Source: an uncultured virus (IMG/VR IMGVR_UViG_3300006145_000002) (taxonomy: Duplodnaviria > Heunggongvirae > Uroviricota > Caudoviricetes). From it: a stretch of DNA of 64,000 bases. The notes beneath the pieces are model-generated. The model searched no databases, had not been told where the DNA came from, and saw only the letters and a program-made list of their open reading frames with translations. Positions 48,017-56,737 of the stretch are shown one piece after another. Every line of letters starts with the position of its first letter. The first letter of the stretch is position 1. A program made the translations under genes and the position numbers. Where the stretch lies: the IMG/VR virus record IMGVR_UViG_3300006145_000002; one strand, written 5' to 3'.

Positions 48017-48781
48017 TTAAAGCCCATGTCTTTCAATAAAAGCATCCATTTCAGACTGATCCCGCTTTATATAATGATAGGTAGTTCTAATATTACTATG
48101 CTGTAAGAACTGCGATACCATTACTTCATCCTGTGTATCTGTACTTGTAGAGATCATGTGATAAGGATTAGTTTTACGCAGCGAGTGTGTCCCCATGTGC
48201 ATATCAATGTCCAGTGCTTTAGCTGCTCTCTGGAGCATACGCCGCATTCCATCCACTGACATAGGCTCTGTCGGTTTCTTCCCATTCGGGAATAGCCAAT
48301 CAGACATTTTGTACTGACCAAGAGTATTGAAATATAAAGTCAGTGCATCTCTGGCCTTAGTATTCAACAACACAATAGACTTCTTCCCGGTCTTTTGCTC
48401 ATGGTCAAATGTCACGTGTGTTTTAAATGACCCATCTGGATTCAGAATGTCATATACATGGAGTGCTAATATATCCCCCGCCCGTCTGCACATATTCAAA
48501 GAGAACACAAAATAGGCGTAGTCCCGGATGTTATTGTTCATCCAGCCTTTACGATTCAGAAAGTAATTCTTCAGTCGTTCAATATCATCCAGCGAACGAA
48601 TAGGATCAGTAGGATTGTGATTGCAATGATCACGTTCTACATAGTCCTGATCCATGATAGGAGCAGCTACCTTTTGTGTGGCTGTTGTTTTTTCTTGCAT
48701 TAGCCGTCCAAGCATCTGTTCCAGTTCAGGAGAAAAGGTGATAGTCATTTCACCAGCATTGATAGCTTTTTTGCTGTTCAT
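48017..48781 (-). CDS. tyrosine recombinase (catalytic-domain-only type)
   Basis: RAGD, EQKTGK, HSLRKT, LQHS...TYHY: complete R-K-H-R-H-Y set. Confidence 0.88.
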   Translation of the reverse strand: MNSKKAINAGEMTITFSPELEQMLGRLMQEKTTATQKVAAPIMDQDYVERDHCNHNPTDPIRSLDDIERLKNYFLNRKGWMNNNIRDYAYFVFSLNMCRRAGDILALHVYDILNPDGSFKTHVTFDHEQKTGKKSIVLLNTKARDALTLYFNTLGQYKMSDWLFPNGKKPTEPMSVDGMRRMLQRAAKALDIDMHMGTHSLRKTNPYHMISTSTDTQDEVMVSQFLQHSNIRTTYHYIKRDQSEMDAFIERHGL

Positions 48782-48865
48782 CGTAAAGCCCTCCATTTTG
48801 ATTGATTACACCGTTATTTGCTGCGATCAAAAAACATCCCCGAAATAGGTGCTTTTCTATTATCT

Positions 48866-48894
48866 ATTATACATGATTGCATATATAAAGTCAA
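48866..48894 (-). promoter_or_regulatory. leftward sigma-A promoter
   Basis: TTGACT-17-TGTATAAT, flanked by two copies of the 17-bp motif. Confidence 0.8.
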
Positions 48895-49386
48895 GAACTT
48901 TTTTGAATATTCCGTTATTAATTTTTAGCGTATCTTTGTGATCATCGAGTTAGCCGGGATACATATTTCCCATTTTGGGAGATTTCATCGGCCCAGCTTT
49001 AGATTAAAAAATGAAATTATGCTGGCCTATTTAAATTTGCGGTTGGATACTTTGACCCCATTTTAGGAATCTTCTCCGATGACAATTCCGATGACAAAAT
49101 GCGGTTTGGATGTTGAGTAGGTGTACTTTACCTTTTTGGCAAAATGAAAAAAGTTTCAAAATGTAAACTAACCCCCACGCATAGCGGGAGGGATCAGGCG
49201 GGAGGGCGTGGGCGGTTTGTCCCCATTCTGGCGGGTTTGTTCGGCATACACCAAAAACCGAACAAACAGCCAGCAGCCAGCCAGACGGCGCAACAGGGCG
49301 GACGGGATCAGCCCGGAGGCCAGCGCAGACGATCCCGGCACATTCCCGGCATTTCTGGCGGGTTTATATGGTGCTTCGCCGTCAAT

Positions 49387-49477
49387 CGTTTTTAAGGCCG
49401 TTTCTCGCCGTTTTGACGTTCTCCCCATATCCCAATACCAGCCAGCCCACAAAAGCCCTTGAAGCGGCCTTAAAACG
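49387..49477. repeat. inverted repeat in the GC-rich strand-switch region
   Basis: TTTTAAGGCCG ... CGGCCTTAAAA. Confidence 0.6.
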
Positions 49478-49606
49478 CCGTATAGAGGCCAGCGCACACA
49501 ATACAGCGATCCGCCCACACTGGTACAAATTGCCCATATAACGATTTAGTCAATAATGCACAAAAATATCTTTTGTTTTTTGTGCAATTTTGAAACAAAT
49601 TTATTA

Positions 49607-49635
49607 TTGACTTTTCCGTTATTATGCGTTATCAT
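49607..49635 (+). promoter_or_regulatory. rightward (early) sigma-A promoter
   Basis: TTGACT-17-TATCAT with AT-rich upstream element, overlapped by the 17-bp motif. Confidence 0.75.
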
Positions 49636-50004
49636 TTAATCACCGCAAGGGACAACGGCACAGCGGCAGCGGGGTTGATACCGCTTAGAGTTTATCAATC
49701 AGTAAACCTTGAGCCATACTAAAGGTGAAGGGCTGCTTGACACAAGCGAAGCAATTATTCCAGCGTTACCGGGCTATTGGAGCATAGCAGATCAAAAAGG
49801 CAGTTTGTGGTAAATCTGCGATAATTAAAAGGCCACAAAAACCGATTGAACAACGGTATTTTGACACATACACCACAATAAATATATTGCGGAGTCCATA
49901 CCGTGACTATAAATCACTGGTTTTCTGGCGGGTTTTCCAGTACAAAAAGCCCGATCCCATATCCCCAAAATAACGACATACTCAATAATATGGAGGTTTT
50001 GAAA

Positions 50005-50562
50005 ATGACAGTTAAAACAGAGTTTCAAGCGTGGGAGGCTGTTGCCGCATTATTCCCCACGGAGTACAAAAAAGATGAAGAGGCCAGCAAAAGAGCGGGT
50101 TATACCATTTATAGAAGCACTGTCAACTACTACGATTATTTTTGTATGTTGGGCGATAGGATCGAAGTCAATTTCTCCAATGGTAAAACCGTTAATGTAT
50201 GGATCAAACCCGATCCGAAGCCCGAAGTTAGAGCGTACAAAACCGAAGCAGAATTGCGGGAAATGGCCGAAGCTATCAGTGAAGAAATTGTGATCCGCAC
50301 GATTGAAAACGGCAATAGCAGAGACACACGGCGCAAGGCAAGCAAGCCCGAAAAGGCCATAATTTACAAAATCGCCTATGGTGCATTGTTGGCATTAAAC
50401 CACGGCGAAAAAGCCAGATCGTCACAACTGGCGGAGCAATCTATAGTTGACGGCGCAGAGTTTACGATTGATTTATTTATCCCTGATTGTAACGGCTATG
50501 ATACCATGTATAGGCCGCTGAAAAAAGCTATTGCAGAATGGACGAAGGAGGCCACAAAATGA
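50005..50562 (+). CDS. hypothetical early protein
   Basis: Start moved to ATG 50005 after SD GGAGG. Confidence 0.7.
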   Translation: MTVKTEFQAWEAVAALFPTEYKKDEEASKRAGYTIYRSTVNYYDYFCMLGDRIEVNFSNGKTVNVWIKPDPKPEVRAYKTEAELREMAEAISEEIVIRTIENGNSRDTRRKASKPEKAIIYKIAYGALLALNHGEKARSSQLAEQSIVDGAEFTIDLFIPDCNGYDTMYRPLKKAIAEWTKEATK

Positions 50563-50786
50563 AAAACGCAAATATTGACGTTCACGGCGTTTATAACCTA
50601 TTTAACACTGGCGGGATCGAAGTACACATTGAAGAAGGCTATGATCCCTTTATCCTCTGGCGGTTTTCTATCGTTGACACGGAGCCGCAAAAATGGCACA
50701 AGGCAAAAATCAGCTACACCCAAAAAGGCGCATTTTTTCGGGCTGCTGGTATGCGGATTTATCTATCTGAAGTTATGCGAGTATAA
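50559..50786 (+). CDS. hypothetical early protein
   Basis: ATGA overlap, SD AAGGAGG. Confidence 0.65.
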   Translation: MKNANIDVHGVYNLFNTGGIEVHIEEGYDPFILWRFSIVDTEPQKWHKAKISYTQKGAFFRAAGMRIYLSEVMRV

Positions 50787-50841
50787 CGGTTTAATCAATA
50801 GCTGACCTAACGGCTACACGGGGAGAAAGTGAAGGTATGTC

Positions 50842-51174
50842 ATGAAATACAAGACAACAAAAAAGGCGATCCGGGAAATGGGCGATCCGGTTTATTGCGT
50901 GGGATATGCTAACCTTCAGAATTTGTTCCGGTTTGTTGATCCCTTTGCCTATAGTACACGGGCCGAAGGTTGGGCTTGCGATTATTACAGCGTGGGAAAC
51001 GTGATTATTTCAACAGGCTATTCCCCCATTGGGCGCAAGACTGATTATAAACTTTGTCGTGAATATGACAAAAAAGCGGCGGAAATTTTGCGGGACTACA
51101 CTCTCAAATGGGAACAGCAGCGGGATCAGTTGGAAAACCTGATTGAAGAATTTGTTGAAAAGTTGACGGCATAA
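50842..51174 (+). CDS. hypothetical early protein
   Basis: 110 aa, GWACDYY...IISTGY.P motif. Confidence 0.7.
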   Translation: MKYKTTKKAIREMGDPVYCVGYANLQNLFRFVDPFAYSTRAEGWACDYYSVGNVIISTGYSPIGRKTDYKLCREYDKKAAEILRDYTLKWEQQRDQLENLIEEFVEKLTA

Positions 51175-51191
51175 AGGGGAGGAAAAACAAA

Positions 51192-51590
51192 ATGAAAACG
51201 ATCAGAAACAAGACTGTAAACCAGACAATCCGCAAGTATCTTCTTGACAATATGGATTTTAGCGGATATGTGGGATATTTTGACGGCATGGACACGGAGC
51301 CGAAAACCAACACGGAAAAAACGCTTGCAATCTGGAAAATTTTCCAGAGTGAAAAAGGTTGGGAAGTGGATCGTATCGGAAAACAAGCCGCTTTTATAAA
51401 CTGGCTGCAAGGGCTGGCCTCTGCTATGACGGTAGACTTCACCTATTACGATCAAATGCGCTTAATGTCTGCATGGTTTGACGTTGACGAAGATACAGCG
51501 TTAGAAATGGCGGAGCGTGGGGATTTTTGGAAACGTTGCACAACGGTATATTTTGAAATGCTGGCAGACGCACAAAAGGCAGCGGCATAA
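51192..51590 (+). CDS. hypothetical early protein
   Basis: 132 aa, AFINWLQGL motif, SD GGAGG. Confidence 0.7.
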   Translation: MKTIRNKTVNQTIRKYLLDNMDFSGYVGYFDGMDTEPKTNTEKTLAIWKIFQSEKGWEVDRIGKQAAFINWLQGLASAMTVDFTYYDQMRLMSAWFDVDEDTALEMAERGDFWKRCTTVYFEMLADAQKAAA

Positions 51591-51606
51591 AAGGGAGGTT
51601 TATAAA

Positions 51607-51858
51607 ATGACTATTCATAAGGCAAAAGCCAGCGCATACAACGAAGTAACAACAGCGGCAGTATATGATTATATGCGACAGTATTTAGCGGAAATTTCCC
51701 GTATGATAGAGCCAGAAGAGGACGGAGGAACAGGCAACGCATACAAGGCAAAACTTCAGCAGATGGAAAAAGTAAATCGTACAACATTAAAGACTTGTGC
51801 GGCAGAATTGGAAACGATTGTTAAACGGCTGAAATATGCTATTGATGGACAATATTAA
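51607..51858 (+). CDS. hypothetical early protein
   Basis: ATG after SD GGAGG. Confidence 0.65.
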   Translation: MTIHKAKASAYNEVTTAAVYDYMRQYLAEISRMIEPEEDGGTGNAYKAKLQQMEKVNRTTLKTCAAELETIVKRLKYAIDGQY

Positions 51859-51964
51859 AAGCTGGAAAAATGAAGCGGTTTTCTGAAGGGTTTTCCCCGC
51901 AACAAATAAAGCCCTATCCCATACACCTATAAACCACAACGGGGAAATTATGGAGGTTTTAATA

Positions 51965-52213
51965 ATGAAATATTATCGGGTCAAGCCAGAATTTGACGGG
52001 AAAACTCTGTATAAAAAGCAAAGGCAGCGGGGATATAGCAGCACTTATAAAGTCCCTAACGGCTACAATTTAATTGCTAATGAATTGTTGACGGAGAAAG
52101 AAGTGGAAAAATTGAACGTGCCGCAAGTGTGCATTGATCCCGTGGACGTGAAAAAGAGTGAAGTATACTTCTGTTTTGGCGCACGTTTTCGGGCGCAAAC
52201 AAGGAGGGTTTGA
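51965..52213 (+). CDS. hypothetical early protein
   Basis: MKYYRVK...LIANELLTEKE...YFCFGARF. Confidence 0.65.
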   Translation: MKYYRVKPEFDGKTLYKKQRQRGYSSTYKVPNGYNLIANELLTEKEVEKLNVPQVCIDPVDVKKSEVYFCFGARFRAQTRRV

Positions 52214-52398
52214 AAATGGACTATACCAAAAAGAACATAAAGCAAGCACTTTCTAAATTAAAAAGTGCTGAAGAAAAAGAGAAGTTTTTGAAAAACCATA
52301 ATATTAAATTTACACATGATAGTTTTAATAAACTGGTTATCTGGTGTAAAGATGGAATTTTAGAAATGATCCCCATTTATAGGAGGTTGGGAAAATGA
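52210..52398 (+). CDS. hypothetical protein
   Basis: Co-oriented short ORF with SD. Confidence 0.5.
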   Translation: MKMDYTKKNIKQALSKLKSAEEKEKFLKNHNIKFTHDSFNKLVIWCKDGILEMIPIYRRLGK

Positions 52399-52527
52399 AT
52401 AATAGCAAGTTAAATGAATTGTTTGATATATGCTTTAATTGCGAAAATGAAGAAAGTACATGGTGCGATGATTGTCCTATAAAGAAAAAAATAGATTTGC
52501 TACAATATAATGAAAGGGGCAAAAATC

Positions 52528-52761
52528 ATGATTTATGAAAATATTATTTCTGATATTGATAGTTGCATTTATGAACCGTGGAGAATGTGCGGCGAATATG
52601 AGGACGGATTTACTGTTACCGTGGGCGGGAATGATGAAGAAGATTGTATGCAACGGCTGATTGACCTACAGGAAAAACACGGTGATTTAACATGGTATTC
52701 TGGTTATGTAGATCAGGACTATGCAGCGGGAGAATATATCGGTAGAGAAAATTTTTATTGA
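52528..52761 (+). CDS. acidic hypothetical protein
   Basis: SD AAAGGGG. Confidence 0.55.
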   Translation: MIYENIISDIDSCIYEPWRMCGEYEDGFTVTVGGNDEEDCMQRLIDLQEKHGDLTWYSGYVDQDYAAGEYIGRENFY

Positions 52762-52781
52762 TTAATTGGAGGGCTGGAAAA

Positions 52782-53033
52782 ATGGTAAAGTTTGAAATTA
52801 GACAAATTGACGCATTGAATTTTGAAGGCGAAGGCTGGCATTGGAATACCTCTTATAAAATGGGCGAGTTTAAGACAAGCGCAACAGATCAAAAAAGAGC
52901 GTTCTTGTATGCCCTTCACAAAATGGGGATCGTGTGCAAGCGTGGAAGAATGGCGGTTGTTAGTGACGGTGATATGTACGAATTACAAGATAGACGCACA
53001 GGGGAGCCGTTGTTTGCAGCTATTCCATGTTGA
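52782..53033 (+). CDS. hypothetical protein
   Basis: SD GGAGG. Confidence 0.6.
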   Translation: MVKFEIRQIDALNFEGEGWHWNTSYKMGEFKTSATDQKRAFLYALHKMGIVCKRGRMAVVSDGDMYELQDRRTGEPLFAAIPC

Positions 53034-53213
53034 TAGTGGAAAAATAAGGAGGATTTAATATGGATCGTCAAGAAGTATTTAATAATATTCTTTCTAATCT
53101 GGAGTATGACAATATTAACTATGACGTTGTTTCAGAATGCGGGAAAACAGTTGTTTATATTCATTGTTCTAATGGGACTATGAAATTGACAGTTGATTGT
53201 TAGGAGGAAAACC

Positions 53214-53360
53214 ATGATTGATAATAGCAAGATCAGAGCGGCGGAAAAATGCCTGATTGATAATGGCATAGAGCCAGACGAAGCAAGCACTGTATTACAG
53301 GCAATCGGATATATTCTTCTTGATACAGAATTGTATCCTGATACATTGGAGGAAGAATAA
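53214..53360 (+). CDS. small hypothetical protein (48 aa)
   Basis: Not in the ORF track; SD AGGAGG; MIDNSKIRAAEKCLIDNGIEPDEA... Confidence 0.6.
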   Translation: MIDNSKIRAAEKCLIDNGIEPDEASTVLQAIGYILLDTELYPDTLEEE

Positions 53361-53626
53361 TGTTTGTTTATAGTGTGATTGGTTTTCCTATTGGTGGAGG
53401 TTGGGCGACATTCCATAGAGAATATAAACGGCGCAAGAATGCGGAAAAACAACAAAAGAAATTAGCGGTTAGCGGAAATTTCAAAAGCGTTATGTTAAGA
53501 CAAGAGGAAGTCTTAATTGACAATGGGAAAGATTATATATCTATTGACAGTCCTCTTTATTCATTTGAACGTGACGCAAGCGGAAAAATCACAAGAAAAG
53601 ATTATGGACGGAGGGTAACACAATGA
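53360..53626 (+). CDS. hypothetical protein
   Basis: TAATG overlap. Confidence 0.55.
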   Translation: MFVYSVIGFPIGGGWATFHREYKRRKNAEKQQKKLAVSGNFKSVMLRQEEVLIDNGKDYISIDSPLYSFERDASGKITRKDYGRRVTQ

Positions 53627-54327
53627 AAATCTATGCAAGACAGATTATGCCTGAATTTCAGGATAGCAGGATTTTTGATGATGATGGAAACGGCGTTGAG
53701 TATATCAATGTATGGGGAAATAAGGACTACCAGAGCCGTACAAGCAGCGTGTTTGATAGGGTAAAAGAGTGTCTTGATGCTGGAGAACTGGCAGAGGATA
53801 TTGAAGCGGTTATGGAGAAAAATCCTTCGGCAATCTATGGCAATATCACGGAGGCCATTAATAATCAGTTGTGGCGTGACGATGGAAAACCCTATAGCAC
53901 ACGGCAGATCGGAAAACTGAAGCAGCTTGTTCTTCGGTATAGTGAATGCAGGAGCAGCGAAGAGGATCAGATTTTGGTTGACGTTCTTTCTATTGTAACA
54001 GGGGAAGAATGGGACTATAGGAATATTCACGGCTGCTGTCAAAGTGAATGGAATACCGTTTATTATCCCGTCAAATATTGGACAAAGGAAAGTCTGGACG
54101 CTTTTGAAACAATGTATTTCAACACTGGATCAGAGTGGATCGTGCATGAGGGCGACACGGAGCCGACAAGCCCTGAAGAAATTGACGGTTGTGCTTACTA
54201 TTGCGTGTCGTGGAATGATGAAGGAATTAAAAAGGAGTTGGCAGAAGCAGCGGGAGGAAATGTGGAGGACGTTGTACTTTATAAATATTCTGGATCGGTT
54301 AGCATTCCTACTTATAAAGTAGCTTGA
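53623..54327 (+). CDS. acidic hypothetical protein
   Basis: 234 aa, IHGCCQSEW and YFNTGSEW motifs. Confidence 0.7.
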   Translation: MKIYARQIMPEFQDSRIFDDDGNGVEYINVWGNKDYQSRTSSVFDRVKECLDAGELAEDIEAVMEKNPSAIYGNITEAINNQLWRDDGKPYSTRQIGKLKQLVLRYSECRSSEEDQILVDVLSIVTGEEWDYRNIHGCCQSEWNTVYYPVKYWTKESLDAFETMYFNTGSEWIVHEGDTEPTSPEEIDGCAYYCVSWNDEGIKKELAEAAGGNVEDVVLYKYSGSVSIPTYKVA

Positions 54328-54370
54328 CCATAGCGGAAAAATAAAGCCATACCGCAGAAGGGAAAATAAA

Positions 54371-54649
54371 ATGGAAAAAGGGTTTAACAGATCGGGATTT
54401 ATGGCTTATATGGAGCAGGAATTTCATATGGAAAACTGTATGTTGCGTGGGATTGTGGAAAACCTGATTGAGTATGGGCATAAGCATGAACAAGTTAGCA
54501 AGGATCAGTTTGTGCAATGGCTGGCTGATATGATCCCGGAAATTTCCTTCGGAGAAATTGCCGCTTTTATGGAGGATGATTGTTTGACAGAGCATGGAAA
54601 AGCGGAAAAACAACAGGCATTGCAAATGATGGAATGCCCTGCATATTAA
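54371..54649 (+). CDS. hypothetical protein (copy 1)
   Basis: 92 aa, identical to 55551-55829. Confidence 0.65.
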   Translation: MEKGFNRSGFMAYMEQEFHMENCMLRGIVENLIEYGHKHEQVSKDQFVQWLADMIPEISFGEIAAFMEDDCLTEHGKAEKQQALQMMECPAY

Positions 54650-54661
54650 GGAGGCGGGAAA

Positions 54662-54907
54662 GTGGAATACATAGATAAAGAATGGGAAGAACTGGAGCGT
54701 AAAGCGGAAAAAATAGAAAAGATCGTGCGTACTATTTCAGGTTGGGCAACAGCAATATTCTTTATCCTGATTTTGGGTAAGGCGGGAGCGTCCGATTGTG
54801 GCGCACCGTGGGAAGAAATTTTCCCGTCAACCTTTATCTATTGTGGATTGATGATCGTATCATTCCATATATGGGAGGCTGCTGGAGGCAACCGAATAAA
54901 CAAATAA
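54662..54907 (+). CDS. small membrane protein (copy 1)
   Basis: Two hydrophobic segments; SD AAGGAGG. Confidence 0.65.
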   Translation: MEYIDKEWEELERKAEKIEKIVRTISGWATAIFFILILGKAGASDCGAPWEEIFPSTFIYCGLMIVSFHIWEAAGGNRINK

Positions 54908-54934
54908 CTATATAATCAATAAGGAGGCGGAAAA

Positions 54935-55057
54935 GTGATATATACAATTTGTGGCGTTCCTTGTATTGAAGTCTGTATAGAAAGTGACCACAAACAATCA
55001 TTCTTCTATGCTGGCAGATACTTTGTAAAATTATCAGACTACTACACAGAGGATTGA
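54935..55057 (+). CDS. 40-aa peptide (copy 1; copy 2 at 56115-56237)
   Basis: GTG after SD AAGGAGG; stop overlaps the next ATG. Confidence 0.5.
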   Translation: MIYTICGVPCIEVCIESDHKQSFFYAGRYFVKLSDYYTED

Positions 55058-55506
55058 TGAAAATGAATTGTCCACAATGCGGAAAACCCATCTTAAACAG
55101 GCATTATGGCGGGTTATGTCAAGGTTGTTACAAGTATTTCAAGAGCGGTGGAACGATACACAGTATTCCAGTAGCGGGAACAATCGCCTATGACGATCAG
55201 GGAAAAATCATATGTCACATTTGCGGAAAATCGTTTGTGCGGTTGGGAAGTCATATCAAAGAAAGTCACGGCTTGACTATAGCAGAGTACAAAGAGCAGT
55301 TTGGTTTGTGTCACGGCACACGGACAACGGAAAAATCCTATTCCAACATAATGAGCCGACACGCAAAGAACAACGGCATGGATCAGCAGCTTTTAGAAGC
55401 AGGAAAAGCAACACGTATTAAAAAGGGCGATACGCATATGCGAAAAGGGAAAGAAGTTAGATTGCAGGAGCGGATCGACAAGCGCAAGCGGAGATTTAAG
55501 AAATAA
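55054..55506 (+). CDS. Ros/MucR-like Zn-finger DNA-binding protein (copy 1)
   Basis: IICHICGKSFVRLGSHIKESHGLTIAEYKEQFGL matches the Ros/MucR finger; extra N-terminal CxxC...CxxC. Confidence 0.7.
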   Translation: MMKMNCPQCGKPILNRHYGGLCQGCYKYFKSGGTIHSIPVAGTIAYDDQGKIICHICGKSFVRLGSHIKESHGLTIAEYKEQFGLCHGTRTTEKSYSNIMSRHAKNNGMDQQLLEAGKATRIKKGDTHMRKGKEVRLQERIDKRKRRFKK

Positions 55507-55550
55507 TCCATAGCGGAAAAATAAAGCCATACCGCAGAAGGGAAAATAAA

Positions 55551-55829
55551 ATGGAAAAAGGGTTTAACAGATCGGGATTTATGGCTTATATGGAGCAGGA
55601 ATTTCATATGGAAAACTGTATGTTGCGTGGGATTGTGGAAAACCTGATTGAGTATGGGCATAAGCATGAACAAGTTAGCAAGGATCAGTTTGTGCAATGG
55701 CTGGCTGATATGATCCCGGAAATTTCCTTCGGAGAAATTGCCGCTTTTATGGAGGATGATTGTTTGACAGAGCATGGAAAAGCGGAAAAACAACAGGCAT
55801 TGCAAATGATGGAATGCCCTGCATATTAA
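55551..55829 (+). CDS. hypothetical protein (copy 2)
   Basis: Duplicate of 54371-54649. Confidence 0.65.
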   Translation: MEKGFNRSGFMAYMEQEFHMENCMLRGIVENLIEYGHKHEQVSKDQFVQWLADMIPEISFGEIAAFMEDDCLTEHGKAEKQQALQMMECPAY

Positions 55830-55841
55830 GGAGGCGGGAAA

Positions 55842-56087
55842 GTGGAATACATAGATAAAGAATGGGAAGAACTGGAGCGTAAAGCGGAAAAAATAGAAAA
55901 GATCGTGCGTACTATTTCAGGTTGGGCAACAGCAATATTCTTTATCCTGATTTTGGGTAAGGCGGGAGCGTCCGATTGTGGCGCACCGTGGGAAGAAATT
56001 TTCCCGTCAACCTTTATCTATTGTGGATTGATGATCGTATCATTCCATATATGGGAGGCTGCTGGAGGCAACCGAATAAACAAATAA
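55842..56087 (+). CDS. small membrane protein (copy 2)
   Basis: Duplicate of 54662-54907. Confidence 0.65.
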   Translation: MEYIDKEWEELERKAEKIEKIVRTISGWATAIFFILILGKAGASDCGAPWEEIFPSTFIYCGLMIVSFHIWEAAGGNRINK

Positions 56088-56233
56088 CTATATAATCAAT
56101 AAGGAGGCGGAAAAGTGATATATACAATTTGTGGCGTTCCTTGTATTGAAGTCTGTATAGAAAGTGACCACAAACAATCATTCTTCTATGCTGGCAGATA
56201 CTTTGTAAAATTATCAGACTACTACACAGAGGA

Positions 56234-56686
56234 TTGATGAAAATGAATTGTCCACAATGCGGAAAACCCATCTTAAACAGGCATTATGGCGGGTTATGTC
56301 AAGGTTGTTACAAGTATTTCAAGAGCGGTGGAACGATACACAGTATTCCAGTAGCGGGAACAATCGCCTATGACGATCAGGGAAAAATCATATGTCACAT
56401 TTGCGGAAAATCGTTTGTGCGGTTGGGAAGTCATATCAAAGAAAGTCACGGCTTGACTATAGCAGAGTACAAAGAGCAGTTTGGTTTGTGTCACGGCACA
56501 CGGACAACGGAAAAATCCTATTCCAACATAATGAGCCGACACGCAAAGAACAACGGCATGGATCAGCAGCTTTTAGAAGCAGGAAAAGCAACACGTATTA
56601 AAAAGGGCGATACGCATATGCGAAAAGGGAAAGAAGTTAGATTGCAGGAGCGGATCGACAAGCGCAAGCGGAGATTTAAGAAATAA
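56234..56686 (+). CDS. Ros/MucR-like Zn-finger protein (copy 2)
   Basis: Duplicate of 55054-55506. Confidence 0.7.
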   Translation: MMKMNCPQCGKPILNRHYGGLCQGCYKYFKSGGTIHSIPVAGTIAYDDQGKIICHICGKSFVRLGSHIKESHGLTIAEYKEQFGLCHGTRTTEKSYSNIMSRHAKNNGMDQQLLEAGKATRIKKGDTHMRKGKEVRLQERIDKRKRRFKK

Positions 56687-56737
56687 TCCATAGCGGAAAA
56701 ACTATCAAAAACTATATTTATTAAAAGGAGAATTATC

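Larger units (their letters stand above)
54328..56701 (+). repeat. 1180-bp tandem duplication bounded by 14-bp direct repeats
   Basis: 54328-55507 is repeated at 55508-56687; CCATAGCGGAAAAA at 54328, 55508 and 56688; ORF translations identical. Confidence 0.95.

Noticed and set aside
48017..48781. Recombinase as a catalytically dead MrpR-type repressor, or evidence of an att site
   Set aside because: All catalytic residues are present, and no host DNA junction or att core can be identified in the window.
49144..49518. Three overlapping ORFs in the GC-rich switch region
   Set aside because: Open frames expected from high GC; no SD and atypical composition.
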